The notes beneath the pieces are model-generated. The model was not told the origin of the DNA. It worked only from the letters and a program-made list of their open reading frames with translations, and ran no database searches. A DNA stretch of 63,249 nucleotides, counting the filler, from Kipferlia bialata (lineage: Eukaryota), in the NCBI GenBank assembly GCA_003568945.1. It is 5 parts of 4 records of this genome, joined end to end, with 100 filler letters (N's around TTAATTAATTAA, not from the genome) between each part and the next. Parts side by side here need not be neighbours in the genome. Positions count along the whole stretch, not along the records: positions 1 to 20,427 come from BDIP01000039.1; positions 20,528 to 37,206 come from BDIP01000039.1; 3 more parts are not named here. One strand, given 5' to 3'. Position numbers and translations under genes: made by a program. Position 1 is the first letter of the stretch, and each line of letters begins with the position of its first letter. This document shows, piece after piece, positions 14,601 through 27,837 of this stretch.

Positions 14601-17600
14601 AACTCTTTAGTACCTGACACCTCCATGTCTGCTGCCTGTGTTGTGATGGTGTGGCACAGCTGGGCAACGGCAAGGGCTGGAAGGTGAGGGAAGAGAACCA
14701 AAACGCATTGTCGCTCTACTATCTAAATACATATATATCAAATACATACCTCTGATGCGGATGTTGCCGAGGTAGAGTGTCCTGAATGCAGACAGGGCAG
14801 AGGGGAGGGCAGAGGGCTGGGGGTGAGGATGGTATAGTTATATACATATACTTTGTAAGTCAATGTATGTATATATATATACATCTATATGCAGACAGGG
14901 CAGAGGGGAGGGCAGAGGGCTGGGGTTGGAGGAGCGTGTATATACTCTTGAAATACTGGAATGGAAAGTCGCCAGGTGCCATGTAGTTTACATTGACCCT
15001 AAGAGACTCGTTGAGTATACCTAGTCATTGACTCAAACTATACCGTACATACATACCTTGACACTCATCAGATGAGCAATAGCACTATTGACCGACAGTC
15101 TGGAGCCCAGACCGGCACGGGTCTCTGGGTATGAGTGCATATTCTAAGTTTTAACGAATTATCTAAGATATATGTATGTACTGCTGTGCATACCGGACAT
15201 GAGTCTCTAATGAGGACAAACAAATTCACATATGGATATATGAAAGCAAATATGTAAATTTCTATACCGCGTGTGTTATACTACTATATACTACACTTAC
15301 CTGTGGGTGGAGGGAAGAGTGTGTCGATGTGTTCCATCCACACATCGGCAAAGGGGTAGATACTCTGCTTGGGGTCGGGGGTCAGGCGGCCTGACAGTAA
15401 GAATAATACATCCAGTTTAGGAAAATACATTTCTAATACATAGTCGGGGAGACACCATAGTATATACGTTATCAACGATATGGAGATGTCTTTCTCTACT
15501 GTTGAGATTGACTACTAATACTCACCTGACACATACTGGTACCACTTTGTGAGCCCCTCCACATACTCAGGACTGGGGGACAGGGCACGGTTGAGAGTGA
15601 GGGCAAACTCAATGGAGGCGCCCCTGATGTCAGTATAGAAGTGTTACAGATACCCAGAAGCACAGCAGCGTATACCGTGCAAGGGTGGCCAGTCTACTCT
15701 CTGGCACTGTACAATATAGAATACAAATATATGGGAGGCATACCTGGTTGCAAGGGTGGCCAGTCTCTGGCACTGTGCCACCTCTCTATCCACCAGAACA
15801 CCCCTGGTCTCAACAGGTGAGAGGGGGGTCAGGTGGGCCTCGAGGGATGCCTGGCGTCAGAGTGTTAATCTCTTTTATATACATATACATAGGAGGGTCA
15901 GATCGGCCTCGAGGGCTGCCTGGGATTAGTACATATACATGGATCTACATCCAAACATATACTTATGATATATCTTTTACACATGTTAACCGTGGACCCC
16001 ATAGACCATAGGCACAATACTCTATACAGTGCATGAGTGTATATATATATGAACATACCTGTGTCTCCTCCCTGGCCTTCCCCTTGCCCATGTCCACTAT
16101 GCACTGCATACCATCCACACTCAGACACAGCCTCTCCCGCTCAAGGTCGTGGTCTGGGGTAAGGCGGTAAGAAGCTGAGGTATTCTGCATGCAACGTGGG
16201 AGCATGCATTATATGAATATCTGACACATACCCGAGAGGATGTCAGCCGTAGCAGAGAGTGCTGCCCCGTATACCATGGGCAGGGACAGGGAGAGGGACC
16301 ACTCCACGGCCTGTCTCCTGGGGTGCCTGGGGTGAGATGGTGCATTGATAATGCTAAGAGTACACTATACTAGATAATCATAGTAAGCGTAAGATTGTAT
16401 ACAAACTCACGTTGTGCTAAGATTTCCATACAAAATTGCTACTGTGCATACCTGAGCAGCAGCAGCGCCCTTACTGGGGCCACTGCTCCCCCTGTCTCTC
16501 CCTCTGTGGGTGCCCTGACTGTTGTATCCTCAACCACAACTAGGTAGTGGGACCTGGAAATGAGATGTAGACATGGTATCTATATGTATAACACAATACT
16601 GTATATTTGAATACATACGTGTGCCCTGGCGCGTGATGAGACACTACAACTATAATAATAACCTATTGAGAGCACTTCTGTTGAGTGCATTGGGCACTGT
16701 CAGGGTGGATGGAAATATGTACAATGAATATATACTACATGTATTACACTACCACACAACTACCACACTATATATATAAGGAGTACCTGTTGAGTGCACT
16801 TCTGTTGAGTGCATTGGGCACTGTCAGGGTAGAGGGGTCAGGCAGCATGGGACCATCACTCTCCCCCTCCCCCTCTCTCTCCCTCTCTGCCATTGACCTG
16901 TACCAGGCATGGACAGGGGAGGCAAAGGAGGTCAGGGTGCACTTCACTGCGCAGTGGACCTTTTGGTTACAGAGGAGCAGTCTGAAATGTACTAATATAC
17001 ATATATTAATATGTACTGATCTAGTGTATCAATTATAATAGCGCCCTACCTTGACGCTCTTCCCCGTGGCTGACCCGAGCCAGGTGCTGATGTCACTGGG
17101 GGTGAGAATGGAAACATACATGGAACAAAACTCAATATATATATCAAAATATCTATATATAATGAAATTAGTATAAGCCAGGTGTTAATGTCACTGGGGG
17201 TGAGGATGGTAAAGACAACAATAAGTAATATGTTGTACTGTATACCCCCTATTCATATGTATGAGGAAGTTGGTTATATGAGTCAAAAATGTTCAGTTAT
17301 TGCTATTGTATATATAGTTATTAATGTGATGTACTGTGAATCTATACCCATGAGTGCTTATGGACCAATACATGTGTTTATTGTACCTGATGTACTTTGG
17401 CTCACATAATCTCAAGAGTATATGTAAATGTGTATGAATATATATATATATACAGTCATACATATTTACATGCATATGATACCTGATGTACTTTGACTCG
17501 TGTCCCTCAGTCACTGGGGGAGATGCCACCAGTCTCTGCCTCTCAGCGGCACAGACCTGAGGGTAAGAACAGATATATAAATAGGAGACAGTGAATACTA

Positions 17601-17670
17601 TATTCAATTTCTAGTCTGGTCGTAGAAGGAAACCTCTAAGAATGGGACATGGGAGGCAGAGTATTTCACT

Positions 17671-17701
<31 letters not shown>

Positions 17702-18631
17702 CTATCCATTACCTTGCGTGTCTCTGCCAGGGACACCTCTGAGAATGGGGCATCCTTAGCAATGTGGTCTGGGATGGCAGTCTTGGAGGCCTCGATCATG
17801 GTGTTGGCCCTGGGTTTAGATCGATGAATATAGAAGAATATAGAATACTTATGTAATATCATAGTAATACATTGAGTATACTACGTTATTGGATGCCTCG
17901 ATCATGGAGTTGGCCCTGGGGGGGTAGCAGAAAACAAAACTCCAATGTATATACTACAATATAAATTAAATGTATAATGTACTCTATCCCCGCAACGCAT
18001 GCAAATGTATAGAAGGTGTATGTATATATACATATTAGCATGTATATACCTTGGTGTTCCAGGTGCAAATGATGGGCTCCTCACCATGCCAGGGGACAGG
18101 ACAGTGCGGCGGAGACGCTCCTAGGCATAAGAATACATATAGAATACATATGCATTATTTCCTTAGAGGGAGATAATGTATACCGTTGGCCTGTGCTTGA
18201 GGCTGGCCATCCCCAAATAATGCATGTATACCAGAAATACCCACGTGTATATGTACACACTGCAATGTGTCCTAATATAATATACGAAATACATACCTTT
18301 GGCCTGTGCTTGAGGCTGTCTCTCCCCTGCTTCAGCAGGTCACTCTTCCCAGGCTGGACTGCAGCCTCTCTGGCAAGGGGAGAGGAGTGTCTGGGGTGAG
18401 GATCCGTTAATATATATGTGTATATGTATATATATACATCCTATATATTAGTAATTACGTATAAATAGCTATCACTCTGACCAGGGGGAGGAGTGTCTGA
18501 GTGAGGATAGAGATATACACAGAATACTATCCTGCCATATATATATACTATATATATATATTACCTGAGGAATGGTGACTCCTGCCCTACTGTTGTGGAC
18601 ACAGCACTATCCATACCATATATCCATATGT

Positions 18632-18672
<41 letters not shown>

Positions 18673-20046
18673 CCCTGATAAAATAGTTACTAATACACAC
18701 CTGAGGAATGGTGACTCCTGCCCAACTGATGTGGACATGGCAAGGGGAGATGGGGAGGGGAGGATGGGGGAGGGAGCTGTATCTCTCTCCCTCTCCCTCT
18801 CTATCTCAGGCTGAGGGGGGGCAGCGGGGGAGCCTATAGATTAGAGAGGGAAGAGGGATCCAGTAATATATACAAAAGACAAAGGAAATAATGTATATGG
18901 ATATCACTTTCGTATCATTCTTATTTATCGTATTATCGAAAGAGAGAAATCATGTATACTTCCCATACCTGTCATGGGGCATGGCTCCACGCCAACTGTT
19001 CTTATCACCCATTTCACAATACATATATTATCAATAGTAAGACTCTCTCTGTATACATAGTATACACTGTACCTGTCATGGGGCATGGCTCCTCGGGCAC
19101 TGTGCCCTGGCCAGCCAAGGGGTTGGCAGCCTCGGAGGGCTGGGGGTGAGGGGCCAGAAATACATAGAGGGAGAGACGAAAGGAGTGGGGGTTGGCATTA
19201 GAAACCCATATGAAGATATATAATATAGATATCGGTCTAGTATACCTGCTCCTGCTCCCATGTCCCCAGTGGCCTCACTAGTATGTATACCATACTAATA
19301 TGTACCTATTGATATACAGAGAGACAGATAGAGTATATAGACAGTCACACAGTATACCTGCTCCTGCTCCCATGTGCCCAGTGGCCTGACCAGTATGTGG
19401 GAGGCAGAGGGCAGCTTGAGGTCATGGACCTGGGCATGAGGGAATACATAGGTACACAGACACTGCATACTCAGCTCTCATAGTACGGAGACAATGGAAT
19501 ATGATATATAGTGGGAGACACACATACCTGGCACATATGTAAAGTAGTGTATACTCATACCTTTCCCACCAGGGGCAGGGGCCTTATGACATCCAGGTTG
19601 GGCTTGATCTCACACAGCTCATAGGCAGACAGATCAGCAACCTGGAAGGGTAAGGAGGGTTAGTAAGGACAGTGAATATTCATTATATATATACATATAT
19701 ATATAACACATCGATCTCACACAGCTCATAGCCAGACAGATCAGCAACCTGGAGGATTAGAAGTATACCTAGATAGAGGGAATATGTGGTGTTATCGAAA
19801 AAGGTTGAGGGGGGAGGGGGGGGGGGGTATCGAACACCATATACTGAGGAATCCGTCCATACGTATATCGGGGTACAAATATATACACATGTACCTACAA
19901 TGTAACATATTTACTCTACATACACGTATCAATACCTGCAGCTTCCTCCCTATACTCTTGAGCAGTCCCTCCATCTGTATACTGGCAGGTGCCACCACAA
20001 TGACAGGGGGAGTGGGCTTGGAGCCGGCATGCTCCTGGAACCTGAC
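4387..20046 (-). CDS. Large multi-exon (>45 exons) hypothetical protein with coiled-coil region and C-terminal LRR-like repeats; 5' end lost at the gap
   Basis: Continuous chain of GC-rich exons bounded by CCCAG/CCTAG acceptors and GT donors on the minus strand. C-terminus: ALLRGALSVDLSGSAVTDRALRRVA...LRRLESIDVSHTRVSDSGLLDLIAECPRLHTIVLRGTRVPRELLTDIQVELPEVRLIV* (TAA 4387-4389), an LRR-like pattern. ER-rich coil at 6350-6445. Not every phase was checked, so it could be more than one gene. Confidence 0.65.
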
Positions 20047-20258
20047 CTGGGTATAAGAGATAATGCATACAATATTTGGATATATAGAGATTGAGAGAGA
20101 GATAGAGATGTCGTCATGCTGCTGGAACCTGACCTGGTCTATAAGGAAGTATACATGTTGATATATATAAATATATACATATATATCGAGAGAGAAATGT
20201 CGGTATGCTTGCTCCTGGAACCTGACATGGGTGTAAGATAGTATACATGTGAATATAC

Positions 20259-20301
<43 letters not shown>

Positions 20302-20427
20302 TGTCGGCATGCTCCTGGAACCTGGGGGTAAGAGATAACACAATAGAAATATGAATTGGATAGGGTGACAAATACGGGAAAGAGAGGGGAGGGGGGGGGG
20401 GGGGAGGGGGGAAATTACCAAAGGGAA

Positions 20428-20527
20428 NNNNNNNNNNNNNNNNNNNNNNNNNNNNNNNNNNNNNNNNNNNNTTAATTAATTAANNNNNNNNNNNNNNNNN
20501 NNNNNNNNNNNNNNNNNNNNNNNNNNN
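20428..20527. other. Artificial assembly linker (44 N + TTAATTAATTAA + 44 N)
   Basis: Exactly 100 nt with a six-frame stop 12-mer; identical structure at four places. Confidence 0.97.
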
Positions 20528-20624
20528 TTTTTTTGTCTAAAAAACAACCCACCCCCCCCCCCCCCCCCCCCTCCCATTCTGTGCTTCTCTCTCTCTCTCT
20601 CTCTCTCTCTCCCTCTCCCCCTAG

Positions 20625-22961
20625 GACCTAGATGGCCAGTGGGTGGTCAAGCTGGAGAACATCCAGAGGATGGGAGACATCTCCGTCAGGGCCTTTGCCG
20701 GTGTCATCATCGGAGCCGCTCTCTCGGTGGGTGTCTGTGTATACTCACCCATGGACTGAGTCTCTTCCTCTGTATGTAGTGATATAGTCCCTCACCCCAG
20801 GCCGGTCTGGACTCTTCCTTCTTTGCCCCTCCCCCGGGCTCCTCCGATAGGACCATCCACATCCCATACTCTCCCGAGAAGGCCCCGTTCCTGGCCCTCC
20901 ACCTGCTGGAGATTGCCACCGTGGCCTCCCACATGAGGCTCAAGACAGTGCTCTACGTGGATGCCAGGAGGCCCCTGGGGCTCTCTGGGCTCTACCAGAT
21001 GTACACGGCATGCACAATCGGTGAGAGAGTGTCCTATAGTGTCTAATCTCTTCTCTCTTGACTATGAGTGACTCTCTCTTGAGTACCCACTAGTCTCTCT
21101 AACCATAACCCCCCCCCCCCGTTTACCCCAGGCCGTGAGATGTCCGAGGCCCCTGTCTGTGGCAAGTGGGCATCAGTCGTCTTCATCGACGGGGATGGAC
21201 AGGACACCATGGAGGCTGCCAGGGCTGCGGCAGAGGCAGACGCTGACAAGGGGCTCTACATGGCACCAGGTACGTAATCTCTCCCTCTTCCTTCACTTCA
21301 CCTCCCTTCCTACCCCTTTAGGCACCGAGAGGGAGTATGCCGTGGTGGGCCTTGGCTATCTCTCTATCTCTCTCTCTCTCTCTCTCACTTCCCCTCCTTT
21401 CCCTCCTACCTCCAGGGACTGAGAGGGAGTATGCCATGGTTGGTCTGGGCACTGCCGCCCAGGAGCTGTGGGAGGGCCAGTGTGTGGTGGATGGCCAGGA
21501 CGTGCTGTCAGACGTGGTGGTGCCAAACAGGAAGCTCAACTCTAGGTATCTATTCGAATATACATATACAATATATATATATACATTTATGAGTGGTACG
21601 TACTCTGGTATATACTGACATCCAGGGAGTTTGGCACCCTTGCCGCCTTTGCCCTCTATGCTGCCTCCTGTGAGACAGCCGGTGTCCCATCCAAGCCAGT
21701 CAGGATCCACTGTGCATCCCCAGCTGCCAACATCGAGGTGCGGGACTATATTTATGTCTCTCTCTCTGTCTCTCTTACCCCTTACATCAGTCTTCTCATG
21801 ACATGACCTCCATGACAGAATCTCTCCATCTCTCCATCTCTCTCTTTCTCTCTCTTTCTATTTATATATAGAATGACCCTCACCCCCCAGTCCTCCCATG
21901 ACATGACCTCCATGACATATGCTGCAGAGGCCAGGTGGACCAGGAACAAGCACGACTACGCACACCCCTCAGGTATACATACCCTGCCCCATACTCTATC
22001 TATCTATATACTACCACTATCATTGAGTGTTAGGTGCTTGAGGCCTTACCCTCATACTCTCTCTCTCTCTATACTACCACTGTCCATTACCGCCAGGTGT
22101 GCTGGAGGCCTTGCCCTCTCACTCTCTCTCTCTTCATATATACTATCCCTCACCCCCAGGTGTGCTTGAGGACTGGCTGAACGAGATGCCCTCTGCCGTC
22201 CCAGGTGTCCCCATCGAGACCATGACTGTCACCTCAGAGACACTCTCCGGTGTCCTCAGGTGCCATACATATTTCTTATGTGTGTTATTTGTATATTTTT
22301 TTGACGTACTTACTTACACCTAGGTTCCTGGGCATGTCCGAGGAGATGGCGTCCAAGGTGTGTGTCTCTGCATGCATGTCCCACGACAGCCAGGGCACGG
22401 GGGAGGGTATCTCCCTCTCCTCTGTCGAGTTCAGGAGTGTGATGGCCAAGGATAGGACCCTGCTGCACACCTACATGCTCCACGCAGACCCCCTCCTCAC
22501 AGCCTACCTCTCAGTCGACTACATGGTGACCATGGGCCTGGTGCACTCTGTCTCTCATCTGACGGAGGAGCAGCTCGGCCACGCATACCTCCTCAACCTC
22601 GGGTACACACACACACACGGTGCCAAGAGGAGTGTCTCAGGTCGGTGTGCCCTGCTATATGTACTCTATGTATATATGCACTCCCTCCCCCCCCCCCCAC
22701 GCCAGGCCTTGCCGCCCTCATGTTTGGCAAGGTGGCCGAGCACATCCCCCCCGAGTCATTCACAGGGGGTGCTGTATTGATCACAGGAGGCACAGTGGAC
22801 ATCAGGTGACAGTAGCAATGTCAATCTCTCAGTATCGATACTGATACTGATACTAATACTGATACTGATACTGACATCAGGACACTGAGGCAGGACGTGA
22901 CCACAGCCCACATGGGTGCCGGTAAGCACTGGATGCTGAAGGTCACCATCCAGCACGACAG
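20625..22961 (+). CDS. Internal part of a multi-exon hypothetical protein gene (both ends missing)
   Basis: 10 phase-compatible exons: DLDGQWVVKLENIQRMGDISVRAFAGVIIGAALSAGLDSSFF...HWMLKVTIQHDR. Ends in phase 2 just before the poly-C run. No recognised family. Confidence 0.7.
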
Positions 22962-22981
22962 GTGGGGTGTTATGTGGATAC

Positions 22982-23029
<48 letters not shown>

Positions 23030-23049
23030 TTCCCCCCCCCCCCCCCCCC
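22982..23049. repeat. Poly-C run (probable mis-join point)
   Basis: About 68 nt of nearly pure C. Similar runs sit at contig ends (about 20552, 37311, 45116, 63214). Confidence 0.85.
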
Positions 23050-23075
23050 GTTCATCATCGGTCTGGTAACCTCAG

Positions 23076-23404
23076 GTTCAGATGGCCCTCTGGAAGGACG
23101 TCATTGACTTTGAGAGACTACTCGGTACGTGTAAGTCACTCAATTAACTGGGTCACTCTATGTATCTTATATGTATATATATATATCTTGTATTGACTGA
23201 AGTCATTGACTTTGAGAGACTGCTCGGTACGTACCACAGTATTCATATTATTCACAACAAATTGGAGATCCGTCCGACTATTTGTGACTATTCCTGACTC
23301 TCAATTGACTTTAGGCGACTCCATGCAGCTTGACGCTGGTCTCGCTGCCAACAGACTATTGTTTGTGTACGAGCAGGCACTGCTGCACCTGAGGTATACA
23401 TACA

Positions 23405-23441
<37 letters not shown>

Positions 23442-26400
23442 TAGTATATTCTTATGTATTCCAACTACTATTGTGTGTTTGATGTCAATGAGCAAGTACT
23501 GCTGCACCTGAGGTACTTTCTCTCTTCTATTCTGACTATGAATCTATGTAGTAATGTATTTGTACATATATTGGTAATCTCGTTATTTTTGTGTATGAGC
23601 ATGTTCTGCTGCACCTGAGGTACTCTCTATTTCATGTACATATACGGATATATACAGATATTTGTATTCCAAATAGTATTCTGGCTTTGATAACTCATAC
23701 ATACATATGTATATACTCGCTCTATCTTCGTATTCATATGGCGAATTTATAATCGTATTACCTATGTCTTTTTACCCCAGGCACTGGCCCGACCTGTGGA
23801 TCGAGGCAGCGGAGGTCATGTCGGGGGCAAGGTATATAAATATATATATTGCATTATATGAGTACTGACTATGTTTGCTGTCTCTCTCCCTCCTTTACAT
23901 ACTCTTTGTGGCTCTATGCATGATCTCTAGGACCATTGTGTCCCGCACCATTCACTCACTCTCTATCTTAGTATCTCTCTCTCTCTATATATATATCTAT
24001 CTACCCTTACCTCTAGAACTATCATGTCTCGCACCATGCTGAAGCACGACATGGCATACGGGGCACTGACTGGCAAGGAGATTGCAATAGGTGTGTATAG
24101 TACTTTATATATATATTCAAAGAGTGAGAGAGGGATACATATATATGATATGTATGAATATTGTTATATATACTCATCCCTAGGCCTTCTGCAAAAGGGC
24201 ATCCTGGCCTGTCCCAATATATATAGATACACACATATATATGCATTAATATTTAGTGTGGACCTAGTATATATGTATCTTATACTCACAGAGGGGCATC
24301 CTGGCCTGTCCCAATGTAGAATATCTATATATATACCGAGATATAGAAAAATATATATATATAATATAAATATAAATATATAATATAAATATAAATATAT
24401 AATATAAATATATATATATTGACTTCCAGGTCTGCTCCAGAGGGGCATCCTGGCCTGTCCCAAGTGTGCCCTGCTCTACATGTGTCTGGCAGACAGATAC
24501 GAGGAGGTACAGTATATATATATATGTATATGCAAATATTTGAATATATGTGTTTACTAACTGTATTTAATACTATCGATATGCCCTGCTATACATGTGT
24601 CTGGCAGACAGATACGAGGAGGTATATATACCAGTATAATATGCGTTGACATGGGTTATTGTCTAAATGGATTCCAATCATTGGTAGTATTGAATCTATT
24701 CTCAATCTAACAACTAGAACAACAAGCGCCACCTGGCCGATGCCGTCTACAGAAGGGCACTCATATCGGCACCCAGCCCAGCTCTATTCAGGTAATCTTT
24801 CTCTCATGTGTTCCATGTACTATCTATATATTACAAGCATGTGCTTATTGTATCCGCACCCAGCCCAGCACTCTTCAGGTACTGTGTGTATGTGTGTGTA
24901 TGTGTGTGTGTTTGTCTCTCTTCCTATTCTGGTACGCTCTCTCCCACTCATTCTCAGCGAGTACATGAAGTATGTCTCCCGCACCCGTTCAGTGGCTAAT
25001 GCGTTTATTTCCCATCTCTCTCTTTCTCGCTCTCTCTCTCTCCCTCTCTCTCTCTCTCTATCTAACTATAGTGAGTACATGAAGTACGTGTCAAGAACAC
25101 GTTCAGTGGCTGATGCCCTCTCTCTCTATCCCTCTCTCTGTCTCTCTAACTGTAGTGAGTACATGAAGTATGTCTCCCGCACCCGTTCAGTGGCTGATGC
25201 CCTTTCGGCATTTGAGCTGGCATGCGACGATCCCAGTAAGATTCTAGGTGTGTTACAAGCTCTACAATGTGTCTAGATTATATACACTACCCATGTTTGT
25301 ACTCTCTACATGCATATATGTATACCTAACCATAGGCTCTCCCTCTGTCCCCTCTGTCCTCTATGCCATTGTATATATACATCTCTCTCTATATATATGT
25401 ATTTATATATATTTATAACCCTAGGCTCCCCCTCTGTCCCCTCTGTGCTTTATGCCATTGTGGCCAGACTAGATACCCTATACATGTACTATATATATAT
25501 ATATACATATATCATATGTCTCACTATAGGCTCTCCCTCTGTCCCGTCTGTCCTCTATGCCATTGTGGCCAGACTCGAGTACCACGGGATGGGTCGGTCA
25601 GGCACAGCAAGGCAGAATGCTATCAACAGGTATAATATATATATATATATATATATATAGTATATTGGATATATTAGTATGTATATATACCACCGGATGG
25701 GCAGGTCAGGCACAGCAAGGCAGAACGCTATTGACAGGTATACCTATGTACAGGAGTCTATGTTTGACGATGTTTGTGAGTGGATAACCCCCTAGGTTTG
25801 AGTCTGGCATCCGTGCCAACCCCCTCCCCCCCCACCACCACACACACATTTATTTTGTATATTATTTATATGTATCATCTATATGTATCATCTATATGTG
25901 TCATCTATGTGTATCATCTATATATACACTCACGTCTCAGGTTTGAGTCTGGCATCCGTGCCAACCCCACCAATGCAGAGCTGCTCGCAGAGTATGTCAG
26001 GTTAGTATGTTCCCCCTCTCTCTTTCTCTCTGCCAACACCCTAATTTACACCCTTCGCGAAGGTGATCAAGTTATAAGGATTAGTATGTACTCTCTCTCT
26101 CTCTCTCCCGCTACACCCTTATTGCCAGGTTCCTGTCCGAGATGGGTGATGAGACCGGTAAGGTGGATGTCATCAACAGGTATGGGATACATATAGATAC
26201 AGAGTAGTTGTATAATGTATATGTATAGAATGCATTTCATAGTGTGTAGTACTAATACATTGACAGGCATGGTGGATGTCATCAACAGGTGTGTATATAT
26301 ATTTATGTACACATATATCATGCATATAAATAGTATGCATAGTATATACTCATATATATATATAGTGTATATTATTCTCATTCGGACTGGCATGGTGGAT

Positions 26401-26987
26401 GTCATCAACAGGTATCGGAATACATGTATTTGTGTTAGTATACAACGTTAATGCTTTCTGTACTCCTTATACGTCTCGTCACCAGATGTGAAGACAGCCA
26501 CTCAGACTCTGACACATGGAACACACACACTACCTGCTCAATGTTATATAACCATATACATTAATATATATATTTATTACTAACTCCAGATGTAAGGACA
26601 GCCAATATATATGTATATATATTGGTATAGAGAGAGAGAGAGATAGTTGCAATATGTGGGGTGTCGCTGCATGGTTGCCACATGTAGTTGTTAGTAATAG
26701 TGATATATGACGTTCTCCTTTCCTCCAGGTGCAAGGACAGCCACTGATACTGATGATAATATATATATATATATATGCATTAATATGTTTTTATATGTAT
26801 ATATGTATTTCTTACCCCTCAGATGCAAGGACAGCCACTCGGACTCTGACACATGGAACCAGTACCTGGTGTCACTGCAGATAGAGAGCGGAAAGAGGTA
26901 TATCCAGGGCTTACTCTATCTCTGCTATAGTGTCTCTGAGTGTATTGAGACACTAACCCTTCAGAACCGAGTCCCAGCCCCTGCCTG

Positions 26988-27034
<47 letters not shown>

Positions 27035-27668
27035 CTTTCTATTTTCTCTCTCTCCATACATCTACGTGTGTAAGATATCATACTTACATATCAGAACCGA
27101 GTCCCAGCCCCTCCACGATGCCTCTCTCTCTCTCTCTAACTCCTTCAATATGCAATATATGTACTAATGACATGTACTAACATCAGAACCGAGTCCCAGC
27201 CCCTGCCTGATGCCTCCCCAGCCGAGGGGGTGCTACTGAGACACAGTTACAGGTATATATACATTCTACATGATTTGTTTCTATTTATAACTATATAAAT
27301 TAGAACAGCCCCTACACACATTTATGTTACATATCTATTCTATATCTGTGTTTTGTACTATATCTGTGTTTTGGTGTGTCTACTTGTATCCACACTGACC
27401 CCCAGAGACCTTGTGCCCCTTGCCCCTGCCCTCCAGAGCTGCATAGCAATGAGGTATACTATTATATACATACATATATAGGCACATATGTATATTAGAC
27501 GAAAGTTTGTGAAGCACATCACATTTGCATATTCACCAGTATTTCCCCTCCAAGACTGCCAATATGGTTTATATCCCTGTATGTATGTATATATATATAT
27601 AGTAACCCCTAGAGGTGTCCAGTCCCTGCCATCCATGACAACCAGTATACTCTTTCTCTCTCTCTCTT

Positions 27669-27713
<45 letters not shown>

Positions 27714-27802
27714 ATATATATACGTATACTAACATCTAGGGGTGTCCAGTCCCTCCCCTCCATGACAACCAGATATACTCTTTCTCTCTCTCTCTCTCAC
27801 TC

Positions 27803-27837
<35 letters not shown>

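Noticed and set aside
20472..20483. TTAATTAATTAA palindrome (also at 37251, 45215, 54900) as a biological motif
   Set aside because: Always centred in exactly 100 nt of N padding; a synthetic six-frame stop linker. Adjacency across linkers is therefore unproven.
24958..25235. Mutually exclusive alternative exons
   Set aside because: The copies are partial and lack the second splice site, so they cannot substitute for the full exon.
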